A stretch of 64,000 nt of DNA from Lysobacterales bacterium (GCA_050250665.1 JBFWOF010000017.1:40076-104075), one strand, 5' to 3'. Numbered from the stretch's first letter, positions 9,601 through 19,775 are shown. A program made the numbers and translations. Notes: generated by a model not told the origin, from the letters alone.

Positions 9601-12600
9601 TCCAGGGTGTCTTCGCCGCTGGTCCCCTCAATGGCTTCGAGGGAACTTTCTGCGACTTGCTCCTCGGTGTCATCCAGCGACCACAAACCACCGTCGCGGC
9701 TCTCTGCTGCGGCGGAGTCGGCGGCCTCTTGCAACTGACCTTCAGTTGACCTCTCGTCGCTGCCGGCTTCGTCTCCGATTGCACCCAGTTCGGCAAGGAA
9801 CTCTTCGGTTTCAGTCAGTCCTGCCAGCTCGTCATCGGCCGATTCGGTCAGCTCGGCGAGTTCTGCAAACTCTTCCATATCCTCGGCAGAGTCAGCGCCA
9901 TCGCCAAGGTCCGCTGTCTCCAGTTCGCTCGACTCGGCATCGACTTCAGCCGCGTCCGACACTTCCGCAAGGTCTGAATCAAAGAGACCTTCCAGACTCG
10001 AAGCCTCTGACAAAGCCTCGGCGCTGTCCTGCAGTGCTTCGACCGGCTCCGATTCGGGCGGCTGTTCAATGGAGGTATCGAACAATGCTTCCAGATCGTC
10101 TGCGACGGCGTCAGGCGCCGCGGCATCTTCTCCCAGCGATTCATCCGGCGCGACTTCCAGATCGGTCTCGCCGATGGTGGCGTCCTCGACATCGGCCAGC
10201 CAGTTCAGATCCTGGTCATCGGTGGCACCAATTTCGGTGACGGCCTCCCCCAGATCTTCAACCGGTGAATCGGCATCGGGCTGAAACTCCTCCGCAGCCA
10301 ATTCGGCCAAGGTGTTCAGCGTATCCGGCGAGACTTCGTCCTCAGCGGCGTCAAAGATTTCCGTCATCTCGACCGTTCCAACGGTTTCGCTCTCGGCGTC
10401 GTCGTCGGACTCGAGTTCCGCCTCGTACCATGGCAGAGGCGTGGTCTCGGCCGTCGCGCCGTCGGCCGACTCATAACCCTCGGCACCGGTCACCTCGTCG
10501 CGAGATTCATCGGCGACGTGGATGCCAAATCCGTGATACGGATGATCGGGCGGCGGCAAACCGTCGCGGAGCGCTGAAACCCGCTCGGACAGTGCCGAGG
10601 TATCAGGGAGTTCCGAGCCGCTTCCGACCGCGGCCATGACCTCGGAAATGCACTCCGCGGACTCGGTCAGAGCGACCATGCCTTCTTCAGACGGTTGCAA
10701 TCCACGGGCGCGCAGGCGTTTGAGGTATCCCTCCAGAGGGGCGACCACACGCGTCAGCAGCGGCAGATCGACCATGGCCAAGGCACCGTTCAGGGTATGC
10801 ACGGCGCGCAGCAGTTCCTCGGTCACCGGCTGGGGACCGATTTCGGCTGCCTGGCCGAGATAGCCCCGGATGGTGGTCAGGTGTCCTTCAACCTCGCTGC
10901 TGAGGATTTCCATCAGCATCGGATCAACTTCCAGCGGCGAGGGCTCGCGTCGCGCCTCGGAATCTTCCGAGGCCTCGGCAGTCGGGACCTCAGCAGGCTC
11001 TTCGAGCACTACTGCCGCTTCCAGCTCATCGCTGCTGTCAGCCGGCGTTTCGACTTCGATCTCTGCCGGGACAGTGGACTCAAGCTCGCCCGCCTCGGAG
11101 GCCGGCTGAGCTTCAGCCGTGACCGCCGGGGCGGGCGAGAATTTTGGGAGCCAGACCTCCTGTCCCGAGGACAATTGGTCGGAAACCCACATGATCGCGC
11201 CGATGTTCGCATCGGGTTGACCTTCCCCCTTCAGCGCCAACAGCATGCCGGGTAGCGCAGCAATGGCGTGGTCCAGCAGATCAAGCACTGCCGGCGTGGG
11301 CTGAATGGTCTTGTCGAGAACCCGGTTCAGCATGTTCTCGATCTTCCAGGCGTACTCGCCGATGGCGAGAGCCCCGACCAGTCGACCGCTACCCTTGAGG
11401 GTATGGAAGGAACGCCTGACCGGCTTCAGCTTCTCGAAGTCGCCGAGGTCGTTCTTCCAGGCCGGATACTGCCTGTTGAGATTGTCGAGTTCGTCCTGCA
11501 CCTCTTCAACGAAGACTTCCCGGATTTCATCGTCGATCTCGTCAGATGGCACCGAATGGAAACCGACGTCGGGCAAGCTGAAACCGGCCGGCATACCGTC
11601 AGGCAGAGGCGCCTGCGGAATCTGCTCGACCGCTGCCGCCGTCGTGTCCACTGCTTCCAGTGAAACTGGGGCGGCATCTGCAAGCGCACTTTCCGCTGCT
11701 TCCGGTTCGGAAGCATCAAGCTCCGCAAATGGAGTCTCGATCGATGCCTCCAGCTCCATCTCCAGATCTTCAATCGGTGCCGGCGCAAGATCGCCAGCCT
11801 GATCGCTGCTGGCAGTCTCTGCTTCGACTGCGGTTTCGACTGCAGTCGAATCCAGATCGATGCTCTCTTCCAGCGGCGAACGCAGTGCTTCGTCCGCGGA
11901 AACACTTTCGGGAGACTCGAATTCGGCGCTGGTGATGCGCAACTCGTCCAGATTCTGCACGGACGGCGTCACCGGTTCGGAGGCGGTCTCGCCGATGACC
12001 AGATCATCCAGGCTTTCGCCCGGCGCGATCTCGACCGCACTGCTCATCTCCGCCGAGGCGGTATCCAGAACATCGGCAGTCGTTTCCCCAGCGGCCGACG
12101 GTTCCGAGAGGTCCAGACTGTGGATCAGGGCATCGACTGCCCCGGCATCGCTTTGCGGCAGCTCGATTTCGGGCAGCTGCTGCCCGCCATCGACCTGCAG
12201 AGTGACTGAATCCGACTCGGGCGGCTGGGTCCTTTCGGTCTCGAAGGTGTCCGAGAAACTCGGGAATTCGCTGACCGCCTCGACCGCTGTTTCCGCTACG
12301 GGCGGAGTTTCGACGGCCGCTTCGGCCGCCGCCTCGGCGCCTTCCTCGGGCAACGGCCAATAGCCCAAAGCCTCCAGGCTGCGCCGCGTCACGTCGAGGA
12401 TCTTGTCGCGGTTGCGCCGGCCTTCCTTCACGGCCTCGAGATAGAACTCGATACTGGCAATCGCGTCCGCCATCAGATCAAGCTGATCGCCAGAGGGCAC
12501 GCGCCGATGCTGCAGCAGCTCGACTTCGGCGAAGCGCACCACACCGCCGAGCAATGCCGCCGGCTCGGGCAGATTGAGCATGCGCATGGCACCGCTGATC

Positions 12601-14054
12601 TCGTCCAGCAATCGCGGTATCTGCTCGATCTTGCTGTGATCCCAGGGCGACTCGATGAAAGCCACGATGTCCTGCTTGGCCTGCTGGATGTTGGCCGAAG
12701 CTTCCTTCGTGGTGGCATCCAGTATCTTGCGGACTTCCGCTTGCGGCAGTTCGAAACCGGAACTGGGGGTGGTCGGCGCCTGTTGCTCGCCGCCCAGGCG
12801 TTCGATGTGATCGTCCAGCGACGACTCGACGTAGAGGAGCGAGCCGGCGATATCGAGCAGCGCGCTCTCTTCTGCCGGCTGGCGACCGCGCACGATGCGT
12901 TCCAGCACGTCCTGCTGATCCAGCACTACCCGACGCGGCACACCCAGACCGAGCATGCCAAGGGTGTCAGCCACCCGGTGCAGTGCCTCGCCCTGGGGTG
13001 CCAGATCATCGACGTTGCCGCTGCCGGTGCGCAGGTAGAGATCCAGCGCATCCTTGACCCGCAACAAATCTTCCTTGATGGCAGTGCCGACCGTATCCAG
13101 CAGCGCGCGATTGTGTCCGGACAGGGCACCACGAGCGTGCTCGAGTTCGGCTTCGCTGGGCATCAGCTTGTCGAGCTTGTAGACCTGTCGCAGTTCGGCC
13201 ACGCGCTGCGATGTGGCTGTCGATTGCGCAACGTAGTACAGCAATCCCTTGGTCAGATCGTTGGCCGGAGCCGCCGCGAAGGACGCCTCACCGGCATCGA
13301 TCAGGCGTTTGAGCTCACGATCGACTCGCCCGATCAACAGCTTGAGTGCCACCGAGGCCTCGATGCTCTTGACCAGCACGGCTTCGAGCGCACCTGCACC
13401 TACCCAGAGCAGACGACGGGCGTCCGGCTGGGTGCACATCGAGCGGAAGCGATCGAGGATGGCGATCAGGCGGGTGAGATTGCCATCGACATCGTCGCCC
13501 TTGAACCACTTCAAAAGTCCAAACTGGAAGGCCAGTCGCAGGCGTCCACCGTTGGCTGCCACCATCGGCTGCGGAACGACCGATTTGGCGCCAGCGGCGG
13601 AGGCCGGCAGCGGCGCACCCAGATCCGGCGAGAACAGCGAAGTCTCGCTCAGCAGTTTTTCGCCACGACAGGCGCGCAGATCGTTGAGTAGCGGCAGCAG
13701 CACGATCGGGATATCCCGATGTCCACCCTGCAGGCGCTCGAGGTAATCGGGCAGCTGAACCATGCCGCGCATCAGCACGGTGTAGGCATCGTCTGCCTGT
13801 TTCACCTGACCGTCGAGCAAGCCCAGTGCCAGGCGCTCCATTTCCTCAACCACCATGGCCGCGCCATAGAGCTCGACCATGCGCAAGGTACCCTGCACCT
13901 GATGCAGATAGCTCGCACAGAAGCGCATCTGACTCTTGTCAGACGTGTCCTCGACGTACGCTTCCAGCGCTTGCTGGGATTGCTTGAGCGTATCGTCCAG
14001 CTCCTGCTTGACCCAGGTCAGCGTGGTGAAGTCGATGTCGTCTTGAAGCCTCAT
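6687..14054 (-). CDS. chpA: ChpA/PilL multi-Hpt CheA-type histidine kinase with C-terminal receiver (2455 aa)
   Basis: Several Hpt-like motifs (FHTLKGSGRLVGA, LHTLKGGARMAGL, VHTLNGALAMV). HATPase region (VSREATEVLIQVTDDGSGM, GRGVGMDVV). CheW-like segment and C-terminal REC (VMVVDDSITMRK...LLDIEMPRMDGYE). Long acidic low-complexity segments. Confidence 0.9.
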   Translation of the reverse strand: MRLQDDIDFTTLTWVKQELDDTLKQSQQALEAYVEDTSDKSQMRFCASYLHQVQGTLRMVELYGAAMVVEEMERLALGLLDGQVKQADDAYTVLMRGMVQLPDYLERLQGGHRDIPIVLLPLLNDLRACRGEKLLSETSLFSPDLGAPLPASAAGAKSVVPQPMVAANGGRLRLAFQFGLLKWFKGDDVDGNLTRLIAILDRFRSMCTQPDARRLLWVGAGALEAVLVKSIEASVALKLLIGRVDRELKRLIDAGEASFAAAPANDLTKGLLYYVAQSTATSQRVAELRQVYKLDKLMPSEAELEHARGALSGHNRALLDTVGTAIKEDLLRVKDALDLYLRTGSGNVDDLAPQGEALHRVADTLGMLGLGVPRRVVLDQQDVLERIVRGRQPAEESALLDIAGSLLYVESSLDDHIERLGGEQQAPTTPSSGFELPQAEVRKILDATTKEASANIQQAKQDIVAFIESPWDHSKIEQIPRLLDEISGAMRMLNLPEPAALLGGVVRFAEVELLQHRRVPSGDQLDLMADAIASIEFYLEAVKEGRRNRDKILDVTRRSLEALGYWPLPEEGAEAAAEAAVETPPVAETAVEAVSEFPSFSDTFETERTQPPESDSVTLQVDGGQQLPEIELPQSDAGAVDALIHSLDLSEPSAAGETTADVLDTASAEMSSAVEIAPGESLDDLVIGETASEPVTPSVQNLDELRITSAEFESPESVSADEALRSPLEESIDLDSTAVETAVEAETASSDQAGDLAPAPIEDLEMELEASIETPFAELDASEPEAAESALADAAPVSLEAVDTTAAAVEQIPQAPLPDGMPAGFSLPDVGFHSVPSDEIDDEIREVFVEEVQDELDNLNRQYPAWKNDLGDFEKLKPVRRSFHTLKGSGRLVGALAIGEYAWKIENMLNRVLDKTIQPTPAVLDLLDHAIAALPGMLLALKGEGQPDANIGAIMWVSDQLSSGQEVWLPKFSPAPAVTAEAQPASEAGELESTVPAEIEVETPADSSDELEAAVVLEEPAEVPTAEASEDSEARREPSPLEVDPMLMEILSSEVEGHLTTIRGYLGQAAEIGPQPVTEELLRAVHTLNGALAMVDLPLLTRVVAPLEGYLKRLRARGLQPSEEGMVALTESAECISEVMAAVGSGSELPDTSALSERVSALRDGLPPPDHPYHGFGIHVADESRDEVTGAEGYESADGATAETTPLPWYEAELESDDDAESETVGTVEMTEIFDAAEDEVSPDTLNTLAELAAEEFQPDADSPVEDLGEAVTEIGATDDQDLNWLADVEDATIGETDLEVAPDESLGEDAAAPDAVADDLEALFDTSIEQPPESEPVEALQDSAEALSEASSLEGLFDSDLAEVSDAAEVDAESSELETADLGDGADSAEDMEEFAELAELTESADDELAGLTETEEFLAELGAIGDEAGSDERSTEGQLQEAADSAAAESRDGGLWSLDDTEEQVAESSLEAIEGTSGEDTLETDDLLTASMLAEDASDVNEPSDEADALAGEVDALSSQVDELSDQAAESLNEVAEQAEEEAEPSDHGLDLADDNNEPALESDEALTPDLAEDAEAEVAADADVTELAAEPVEKADETEPAIIAAAAETAVAAAHAMAFAGDVDPEGPLDLPDMDMDLLDIFVEEAVDILDHSDSAMAQLRENPEDREPVAALQRDLHTLKGGARMAGLYPVGDLSHAMESLFESIVHGERAASRASIDALEKAFDRLHGMVQRVKVRQAIALPEHTIARLEAILEGREAEFDAEVAEMGAAAAEAAEASAAAEPTPSADSSGESSEEVAAEAPVRKVIPARAPTRSGAQRRTQLDEDEVAARAAQQELIRVRADLLDNLVNFAGEVSIYRSRLEAQMGGFRFNLVEFEQTVSRLRDQLRKLEMETEAQILSRFQRETEQSGNTEFDPLELDRFSTLQQLSRALAESVSDLVSIQNLLDDIARQSETLLLQQSRVSSDLQEGLMRTRMVPFESLVPRLRRILRQTASELGKKAQLKVEGTQGEMDRTVLERMTAPFEHMLRNSLAHGIELPEARVSKGKPEEGTVSIKVSREATEVLIQVTDDGSGMNRDAIRTKAIERGLMTPDATLSDRDIFQFVLEAGFSTASEVSKVAGRGVGMDVVASEVKQLGGSLELDSDVGVGTRITIRLPFTLAVAQAVMVRLGEATYAIPMTSITGVTRMPRKELERRLEQKQLDINYGGEIYQIYDLGDLLRSPVSHGIDETQVPLLMSRTGDQRAAVRVTQVIGSKEVVVKSAGAQLSIVPGIFGATIMGDGRVVVILDLAPLVRHGVALRQAPELAAELELMEPMPEPAPRRQPLVMVVDDSITMRKVTTRVLERSNIDVFTAKDGLDAVEQLQDRMPDVILLDIEMPRMDGYEVATYIRNDNRLKHIPIIMITSRTGEKHRQRALEVGVDRYLGKPYQETDLLKNVQDALTAGHANVH

Positions 14055-14165
14055 CCGCGGACTCCTGTTTGCCGGCTTCGCCGCGCGTTCTTCATGCGCC
14101 TGCTACCCGCGCTGCGGCAATGGGCCCGCAGCTTCGCCTTGTTGATCACCAACTGCCCCTGAAGC

Positions 14166-16202
14166 CTAGTTGGGCAGCTTGAAGTCGGCCACTGAACGTC
14201 TAAGGTCAGCAGCCAATTGCGCCAGATTTCCAATCGACTCTGCCGTCTGGCTCGCGCCGACCGAAGTCTGGGTCGTAATTTCCTGAATCACGTTCATGGT
14301 GGCCGAGATGTTGGTCGCAGCAGCTGACTGCTGTCGCGCGGCCTGAGAGATGTTCTGAATCAGGTCGGCCAGATCGTTCGACACCTTTTCAATCTCACCC
14401 AGCGCCAGACCCGCGTCTTCCGCGAGGCGGGCACCGGCCACCACTTCGGCCGTGGTCTGCTCCATCGAGCTCACCGCTTCGTTGGTGTCGGACTGAATCG
14501 TCTGCACCAGCGTTTCAATTCGCTTGGTTGCGTTCGAAGCGCGTTCTGCCAGTCGCTGCACTTCGTCGGCCACGACCGCGAACCCGCGACCGGCTTCACC
14601 GGCAGAGGCCGCCTGAATAGCGGCGTTCAGTGCCAGAATGTTGGTCTGCTCGGCGATGTCGTTGATCAGTTCCACGATCGATCCAATTTCCTGGGACGAT
14701 TCGCCCAGTCGTTTGATTCGCTTCGAGGTTTCCTGAATCTGGTCACGGATGTTGTCCATGCCCTGAATCGTCTGGCGCACGATGGCCGCGCCCTTACCTG
14801 CAATCTGCACTGAGCGTTGCGCCACGTCGGCGCTCTCGGCCGAGTTGCGCGACACCTCGTCAATGGACACCGCGATTTCGTTGATGGCGGCGGAGGCCGA
14901 GGTGATCTGCTGCGCCTGATGCTCGGCAGCTTCTGCCAGATGCATGGCGGTGGCCTGCGTTTCCTGGGCTGCCGCGGCTACCTGCACCGCGGTCTCGTTG
15001 ATGGTGGTCACCAGGCTGCGCAGTGCTTCGACGGCGAAGTTGATGGAGTCGGCGATGGCCCCGGTGATGTCTTCGGTCACCGTTGCCTTTACCGTCAGAT
15101 CGCCTTCTGCCAAGGATCCCATTTCGTCCAGGAGGCGCAAAATAGCTTCCTGGTTACGCTGATTGAGATCGGCCGTGATCTTGTAGCGACGAGCCTGATC
15201 GCGGTAGATCAAGATGGCCAGAAGAATCAATGCCAGTGCCGCCAGAGCGCCGGAACCGATGGCCGCCGTCAGTGAGGGGAAGGTGCGGTTGTTGGCCTGA
15301 TCGCCATACACGACCGACAGTTGCTCGGCATCCTGCAGCAGCTGCTCCGAATCCAGCGAGATGGTGTTCGCCGCCTCGCGCACGTCGATCAAGTCGATGG
15401 CGCCGGTGGTGATGCTTTCAACGTACTGCCCGAGTTCCTGGAAGATCTGATAGACCTCATCCAGCAAGGTGCGTGCTTCCGGTACGGCGATGGCGCGAAT
15501 GCCCCGGTCAGGACTGCCGTTCTGGAGCGCGTCGAGAATCTGTCCGAACACGGCAGCGTCGCGATTGAATCCGTCAGCAGCCGTCGACGCGGTCTGACCG
15601 CCCTGCAGCACTTCGTTCAGGCGACGCAGCATACGATCGGCCAGCGTGTTCTGGCGGCCGGCGACGTAGATCTGATCCTGTGGCGCGCCGCGGGTGGCTA
15701 GCAGCTGCGTCATTTCGTCGGTGCGAGCCTGCAGCAGCGGAATCTTGTCCTGAAACTCGTTCGCCGTGGCGTTCAGATCCTCGACCACCTCACGGCGCGA
15801 GAGAATGACGTCGGAAGCCTGCAGAATCGGCGCCCAGGTGTCCTTCACCTCCTTCAGTGCAACTTCGACCTCGGGGTTCTTGCGGATCGATGGCACGCCT
15901 TCCTGCGGGTCACCCTCCTCCAACTTGCGCAGATGCGACTGGATGGTGCCCTTGACGTCGGACAACTCATCGAAGGCTTCTGGCTGACCGCCGGCTGCCT
16001 GAGCCGCGAACTTCGCCAACTGCTGCGAGTACACGCGTATGTCAGTTGAAAGACCAATTGCCGCTCGGTCTTCGTTGTTGTTGACGTTGGCGAAGAAGAA
16101 ATTCGCAATCAAGCCTACGAGGCCGACCAGCAACACCACCACGAGGATGGCGAGCATGGTCGAGCTTTCGCGCTGTTGGATACCACCGGCTGCCGCACTC
16201 AT
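14166..16202 (-). CDS. pilJ: Methyl-accepting chemotaxis protein PilJ
   Basis: 678 aa. TM segment, HAMP, and the conserved MCP signalling hairpin ([47 protein letters not shown]). Confidence 0.9.
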   Translation of the reverse strand: MSAAAGGIQQRESSTMLAILVVVLLVGLVGLIANFFFANVNNNEDRAAIGLSTDIRVYSQQLAKFAAQAAGGQPEAFDELSDVKGTIQSHLRKLEEGDPQEGVPSIRKNPEVEVALKEVKDTWAPILQASDVILSRREVVEDLNATANEFQDKIPLLQARTDEMTQLLATRGAPQDQIYVAGRQNTLADRMLRRLNEVLQGGQTASTAADGFNRDAAVFGQILDALQNGSPDRGIRAIAVPEARTLLDEVYQIFQELGQYVESITTGAIDLIDVREAANTISLDSEQLLQDAEQLSVVYGDQANNRTFPSLTAAIGSGALAALALILLAILIYRDQARRYKITADLNQRNQEAILRLLDEMGSLAEGDLTVKATVTEDITGAIADSINFAVEALRSLVTTINETAVQVAAAAQETQATAMHLAEAAEHQAQQITSASAAINEIAVSIDEVSRNSAESADVAQRSVQIAGKGAAIVRQTIQGMDNIRDQIQETSKRIKRLGESSQEIGSIVELINDIAEQTNILALNAAIQAASAGEAGRGFAVVADEVQRLAERASNATKRIETLVQTIQSDTNEAVSSMEQTTAEVVAGARLAEDAGLALGEIEKVSNDLADLIQNISQAARQQSAAATNISATMNVIQEITTQTSVGASQTAESIGNLAQLAADLRRSVADFKLPN

Positions 16203-16253
16203 CGCTCTATGACCCCCACTGTCGTCCCGTCCAAACCCCGATTGTCGGCCTTA

Positions 16254-16808
16254 TCAGGCCGCCGCCTGCATGAAATCCTGCGCCCGCATCAGCGCATTCA
16301 TGCTGAAAACACCCCAAGTCGATTGCCCCTGTCGATATTCGCTTTCGAGAAAACGACTGATCGGGGAATCGGCATACATCTCGATATCGCGCATGTTTTC
16401 TTCGACAAAACTGCGCTGACCCAGCACTTCGTCCACCACCAGCCCTACGCTACCACTGGCAAGGCGCACAACGAGCACCCGGGTACGTTCGTTCACGCGG
16501 AAGGGTTCCCCTTCGAGGAATCCGCGCAGATGAATCACGGTCACCAGATTGCCGCGCACATTGGCAATACCCAACATCCATGCCTTGGTTCCAGGCACCG
16601 GCGTAATCTGGGGGAACATCAGAATTTCGTTGACTTCGGAAATGTCGCTGACCAGAAACACATCGCCCAGTCGATAGGCAATGGCGCGCCACAATCCGGG
16701 CGCATCCAGCTGCTCCGGCAGACCGGCCACGTGCGAGAGGCTGCGACGCTCGTAGTCGAGCAGGATCTCGAAGGGATTCAGGGCTGCGTTTTCCGGCAGA
16801 TCGACCAT
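16254..16808 (-). CDS. pilI: CheW-like protein PilI
   Basis: 184-aa CheW-domain protein (AWMLGIANVRGNLVTVIHLRGFL) between pilH and pilJ. Confidence 0.85.
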   Translation of the reverse strand: MVDLPENAALNPFEILLDYERRSLSHVAGLPEQLDAPGLWRAIAYRLGDVFLVSDISEVNEILMFPQITPVPGTKAWMLGIANVRGNLVTVIHLRGFLEGEPFRVNERTRVLVVRLASGSVGLVVDEVLGQRSFVEENMRDIEMYADSPISRFLESEYRQGQSTWGVFSMNALMRAQDFMQAAA

Positions 16809-16818
16809 CGATAGTTCC

Positions 16819-17187
16819 TCAGGATCCCGCGAGCAGAGCTTGGATGCGTGAAATGAAGTCGCGCTCGTTCGGTGGCTTGGTCACGAAATCCTTCGCACCC
16901 TGACGCATGCCCCAGATCCGATCGGTCTCCATACTCTTGGTGGTCACGATGATGACCGGAATCGTCGACGTTTCCGGGTCACGGCTAAGGGTGCGTGTAG
17001 CCTGGAAGCCATTGGTGCCGGGCATGATCACGTCCATCAGAATCAGATCGGGATGCTCTTCCCTGGCGCGGGCAATGCCTTCTTCGGCACTGGACGCCGA
17101 CAGGGTCTGGAAGCCGGCGCGCTCCAGCATGCCGCTCAGCACGCGGACATCCGTGGGCGAGTCATCCACAATCAGAATTCTTGCCAT
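16819..17187 (-). CDS. pilH: CheY-like single-domain response regulator PilH
   Basis: 122 aa. MARILIVDDSPTD...LILMDVIMPGTNGF...TKPP receiver motifs. Confidence 0.9.
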   Translation of the reverse strand: MARILIVDDSPTDVRVLSGMLERAGFQTLSASSAEEGIARAREEHPDLILMDVIMPGTNGFQATRTLSRDPETSTIPVIIVTTKSMETDRIWGMRQGAKDFVTKPPNERDFISRIQALLAGS

Positions 17188-17214
17188 GCGACCTCCCCGT
17201 CGGCACGCCCCCGC

Positions 17215-17676
17215 CTAGCTCTCTGCTGCTGTCTTGGTGTCGACGTAGCGTCGGATCGCGCCGAGCAATTCCTCGCGCGTGAACGGTTTGGTCAGATACT
17301 GTTCCGAACCGACGATGCGTCCGCGCGCCTTGTCGAACAGGCCGTCCTTGCTGGACAGCATGATCACGGGCGTGCCCTTGAAGACCTGGTTGTTCTTGAT
17401 CAGCGCGCAGGTTTGGTAGCCATCCAGGCGCGGCATCATGATGTCGACGAAGATGATGTGCGGCTGGTGGTCGGAAATCTTGGCAAGCGCCTCGAATCCG
17501 TCCGTCGCCGTGACCACGTCACAGCCCTCTTTCTTCAGCAGTGTTTCGGCAGTCCTGCGGATGGTCTTGCTGTCGTCAATCACCATCACGCGCAGTCCGG
17601 CGAGGCTCCCCTTGTTTTGCGACTCGTCCACTCCCACCTCCGCCACGTTTGTAATCGGCGCGACCCTTGGTCGCAC
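17215..17676 (-). CDS. pilG: CheY-like response regulator PilG
   Basis: Receiver domain (VMVIDDSKTIRR...IIFVDIMMPRLDGYQ...LTKPF). First gene of the cluster, divergent from gshB as in Pseudomonas. The exact start is uncertain. Confidence 0.85.
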   Translation of the reverse strand: MRPRVAPITNVAEVGVDESQNKGSLAGLRVMVIDDSKTIRRTAETLLKKEGCDVVTATDGFEALAKISDHQPHIIFVDIMMPRLDGYQTCALIKNNQVFKGTPVIMLSSKDGLFDKARGRIVGSEQYLTKPFTREELLGAIRRYVDTKTAAES

Positions 17677-17964
17677 GTTGCCGGCTCACACCGGCTGATC
17701 TGCGTCCCTGGCCATCCCGAGTACACCGGGGCGGATCAGGAGGACTCCCTGCAAGCTCTTTAGCCAAGCTTCCATCGAATGTCAAGATTACGTTGCAAGT
17801 GTTTGTGCTTGCTCGATTCCGAAGCTCGATGGAATGGCCTTTGATTCCAAATTCAGCGCTCACGATACAGGGGATTTTGCACCTGCGCAGGCATAATAGG
17901 CGAGCCCCCCCGCAAGGCAAGCCGCATTGCAGGGGCATTCCCTAGCGTATCAAGGAGTTGGCGC

Positions 17965-18912
17965 ATGCTTCGCCGCCTCGCGGTGCTGATGGACCCGATC
18001 CAGAAGCTGAAAATTCACAAGGATTCGAGCTTCGCGATGCTGTTGGAAGCCCAGCGCCGCGGTTACGAAGTGCATGTCTGCGAACAGCGTGACCTTGGAC
18101 TGCGCGACGGGCGCGCGTGGCTGCGCACGCGGGTGACCCGGGTTTTCGACGATCCGGCCCACTGGTTCGAGCAGTCGGCCCCGGAACTGCATGATGCCGG
18201 GCACTTCGACTGGATCCTGATGCGCAAGGACCCACCGTTCAATGCCGAGTATCTGTACGACACCCAGATACTGGACCGGGCCGAGGCGCAGGGCGCGACC
18301 GTGGTCAATCGCCCGGCGGCACTACGCGACGCCAACGAGAAGTTGTTCACTGCGCTGTTTCCGCAGTGCTGTCCGCCGACACTCGTGGCCAGGCTGCCGG
18401 ACGACCTGCGCGCTTTCGTCCGCGAGTTCGGCGAATGTGTGGTCAAGGTGCTGGATTCGATGGGCGGAACCTCGATCTTCCGGGTACGTCCGGACGACCC
18501 GAATCTCAACGTGATCTTCGAAACCGTGACCCTGGAAGGCACCCAGGCGGCGCTGATCCAGCGCTACATCCCGGAAATCACCGAAGGTGACAAGCGCATC
18601 CTGCTGATCGACGGCGTTCCTGTGCCCTACGCACTGGCGCGGATTCCGCGTGCCGGCGAGTTCCGCGGCAATCTGGCGCGCGGCGGCAGCGGCCGCGGCC
18701 AGCCGCTGAGCGATCATGATCGCTGGATCTGCGAGCAGGTGGGACCGGAATTGCAGCGCCGTGGCCTGATTTTTGTGGGCCTTGATGTCATCGGCAAGTA
18801 TCTGACCGAAGTGAACGTGACCTCACCGACTTGCATCCGCGAACTTGACCAGCAGTTCGGAATCAACATTGCAGGTATGTTGTTTGACCGCCTGGAGACG
18901 CTGCGAAAGTGA
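17965..18912 (+). CDS. gshB: Glutathione synthetase
   Basis: 315 aa. N-terminus MDPIQKLKIHKDSSFAMLLEAQRRGYEV and an ATP-grasp C-terminal half are typical of GshB. Confidence 0.9.
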   Translation: MLRRLAVLMDPIQKLKIHKDSSFAMLLEAQRRGYEVHVCEQRDLGLRDGRAWLRTRVTRVFDDPAHWFEQSAPELHDAGHFDWILMRKDPPFNAEYLYDTQILDRAEAQGATVVNRPAALRDANEKLFTALFPQCCPPTLVARLPDDLRAFVREFGECVVKVLDSMGGTSIFRVRPDDPNLNVIFETVTLEGTQAALIQRYIPEITEGDKRILLIDGVPVPYALARIPRAGEFRGNLARGGSGRGQPLSDHDRWICEQVGPELQRRGLIFVGLDVIGKYLTEVNVTSPTCIRELDQQFGINIAGMLFDRLETLRK

Positions 18913-19775
18913 GTAACGCGCCTATCGGGTCTGGCGATCGCCTGTCGCTGACACTGCTGTTTGCCACAGTGGTGCACGCCGTGATCATCTTCGGCGTCGG
19001 CTTCACCGATGAGGCGCCACCGGGCTCGGCGCTGCCGGCACTGGATGTCATCCTGGTGCAGTCAGCCACCCAGGAGGTACCGGAGAAGGCGGACTTCCTG
19101 GCCAATGCAGCACAGACCGGCGGTGGCAACAGTGAAGAGGCCAAGCGCCCGACGCAGATGTTTTCCTCACCGGTGCCCAAGCCTGAGGACGGAATTGCGC
19201 CGATGCCGGTGCGTGCCACCAGCCCCGCCCCCATTCCAGCCGAGGCGGCACCCACACCGGTGCTGACCCAGGACAGTTCCACGCTGCAGGTCAGTCCGGT
19301 CACGCCCAGGGACGAGATCCAGCAGCGCGAGTTGCCGCGGGACGAGGAACTGGTCGAACGCAGCATGGAGATGGCCAAGCTGGCCTCTGAGCTGGATCGG
19401 CAGTCGCAAGCCTACGCCAAGCGACCGAAGCGCAAGTTCATCTCGGCCAATACCCGCGAATACGCTTTCGCCAATTACATGGCGGCATGGGTGGCCCGAG
19501 TGGAACGGGTCGGCAATCTGAACTATCCCGATGAAGCGCGGCGACGCAATCTGGATGGCAGTCTGGTGCTCACCGTAGCCATCAACAGGGACGGCAGCCT
19601 GGAGCGCATCGATCTGATCCGCTCCTCCGGTCACCCGGTGCTGGACGATGCCGCCCAGCGCATTGTCGAACTCTCGGCACCCTTCAACCCGGTGCCCAAA
19701 AGCGACGATGAGGTCGACATCCTGCACATCACCCGTACCTGGCAGTTCGTGGCCGGCGACGTCAAGATGCGCTGA
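18909..19775 (+). CDS. tonB: TonB-family energy transducer (TonB3-like by position)
   Basis: N-terminal TM segment, Pro-rich spacer and TonB C-terminal domain (YPDEARRRNLDGSLVLTVAINRDGSLERIDLIRSSGHPVLDDAA). Start overlaps the gshB stop. Confidence 0.8.
   Translation: MSNAPIGSGDRLSLTLLFATVVHAVIIFGVGFTDEAPPGSALPALDVILVQSATQEVPEKADFLANAAQTGGGNSEEAKRPTQMFSSPVPKPEDGIAPMPVRATSPAPIPAEAAPTPVLTQDSSTLQVSPVTPRDEIQQRELPRDEELVERSMEMAKLASELDRQSQAYAKRPKRKFISANTREYAFANYMAAWVARVERVGNLNYPDEARRRNLDGSLVLTVAINRDGSLERIDLIRSSGHPVLDDAAQRIVELSAPFNPVPKSDDEVDILHITRTWQFVAGDVKMR

Noticed and set aside
6687-14054. ChpA size and acidic repeats as something novel
   Set aside because: As I recall, ChpA of P. aeruginosa is of similar length with multiple Hpt-like domains, so the size alone is not unusual. 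Only the shared short motif with ChpB is reported.
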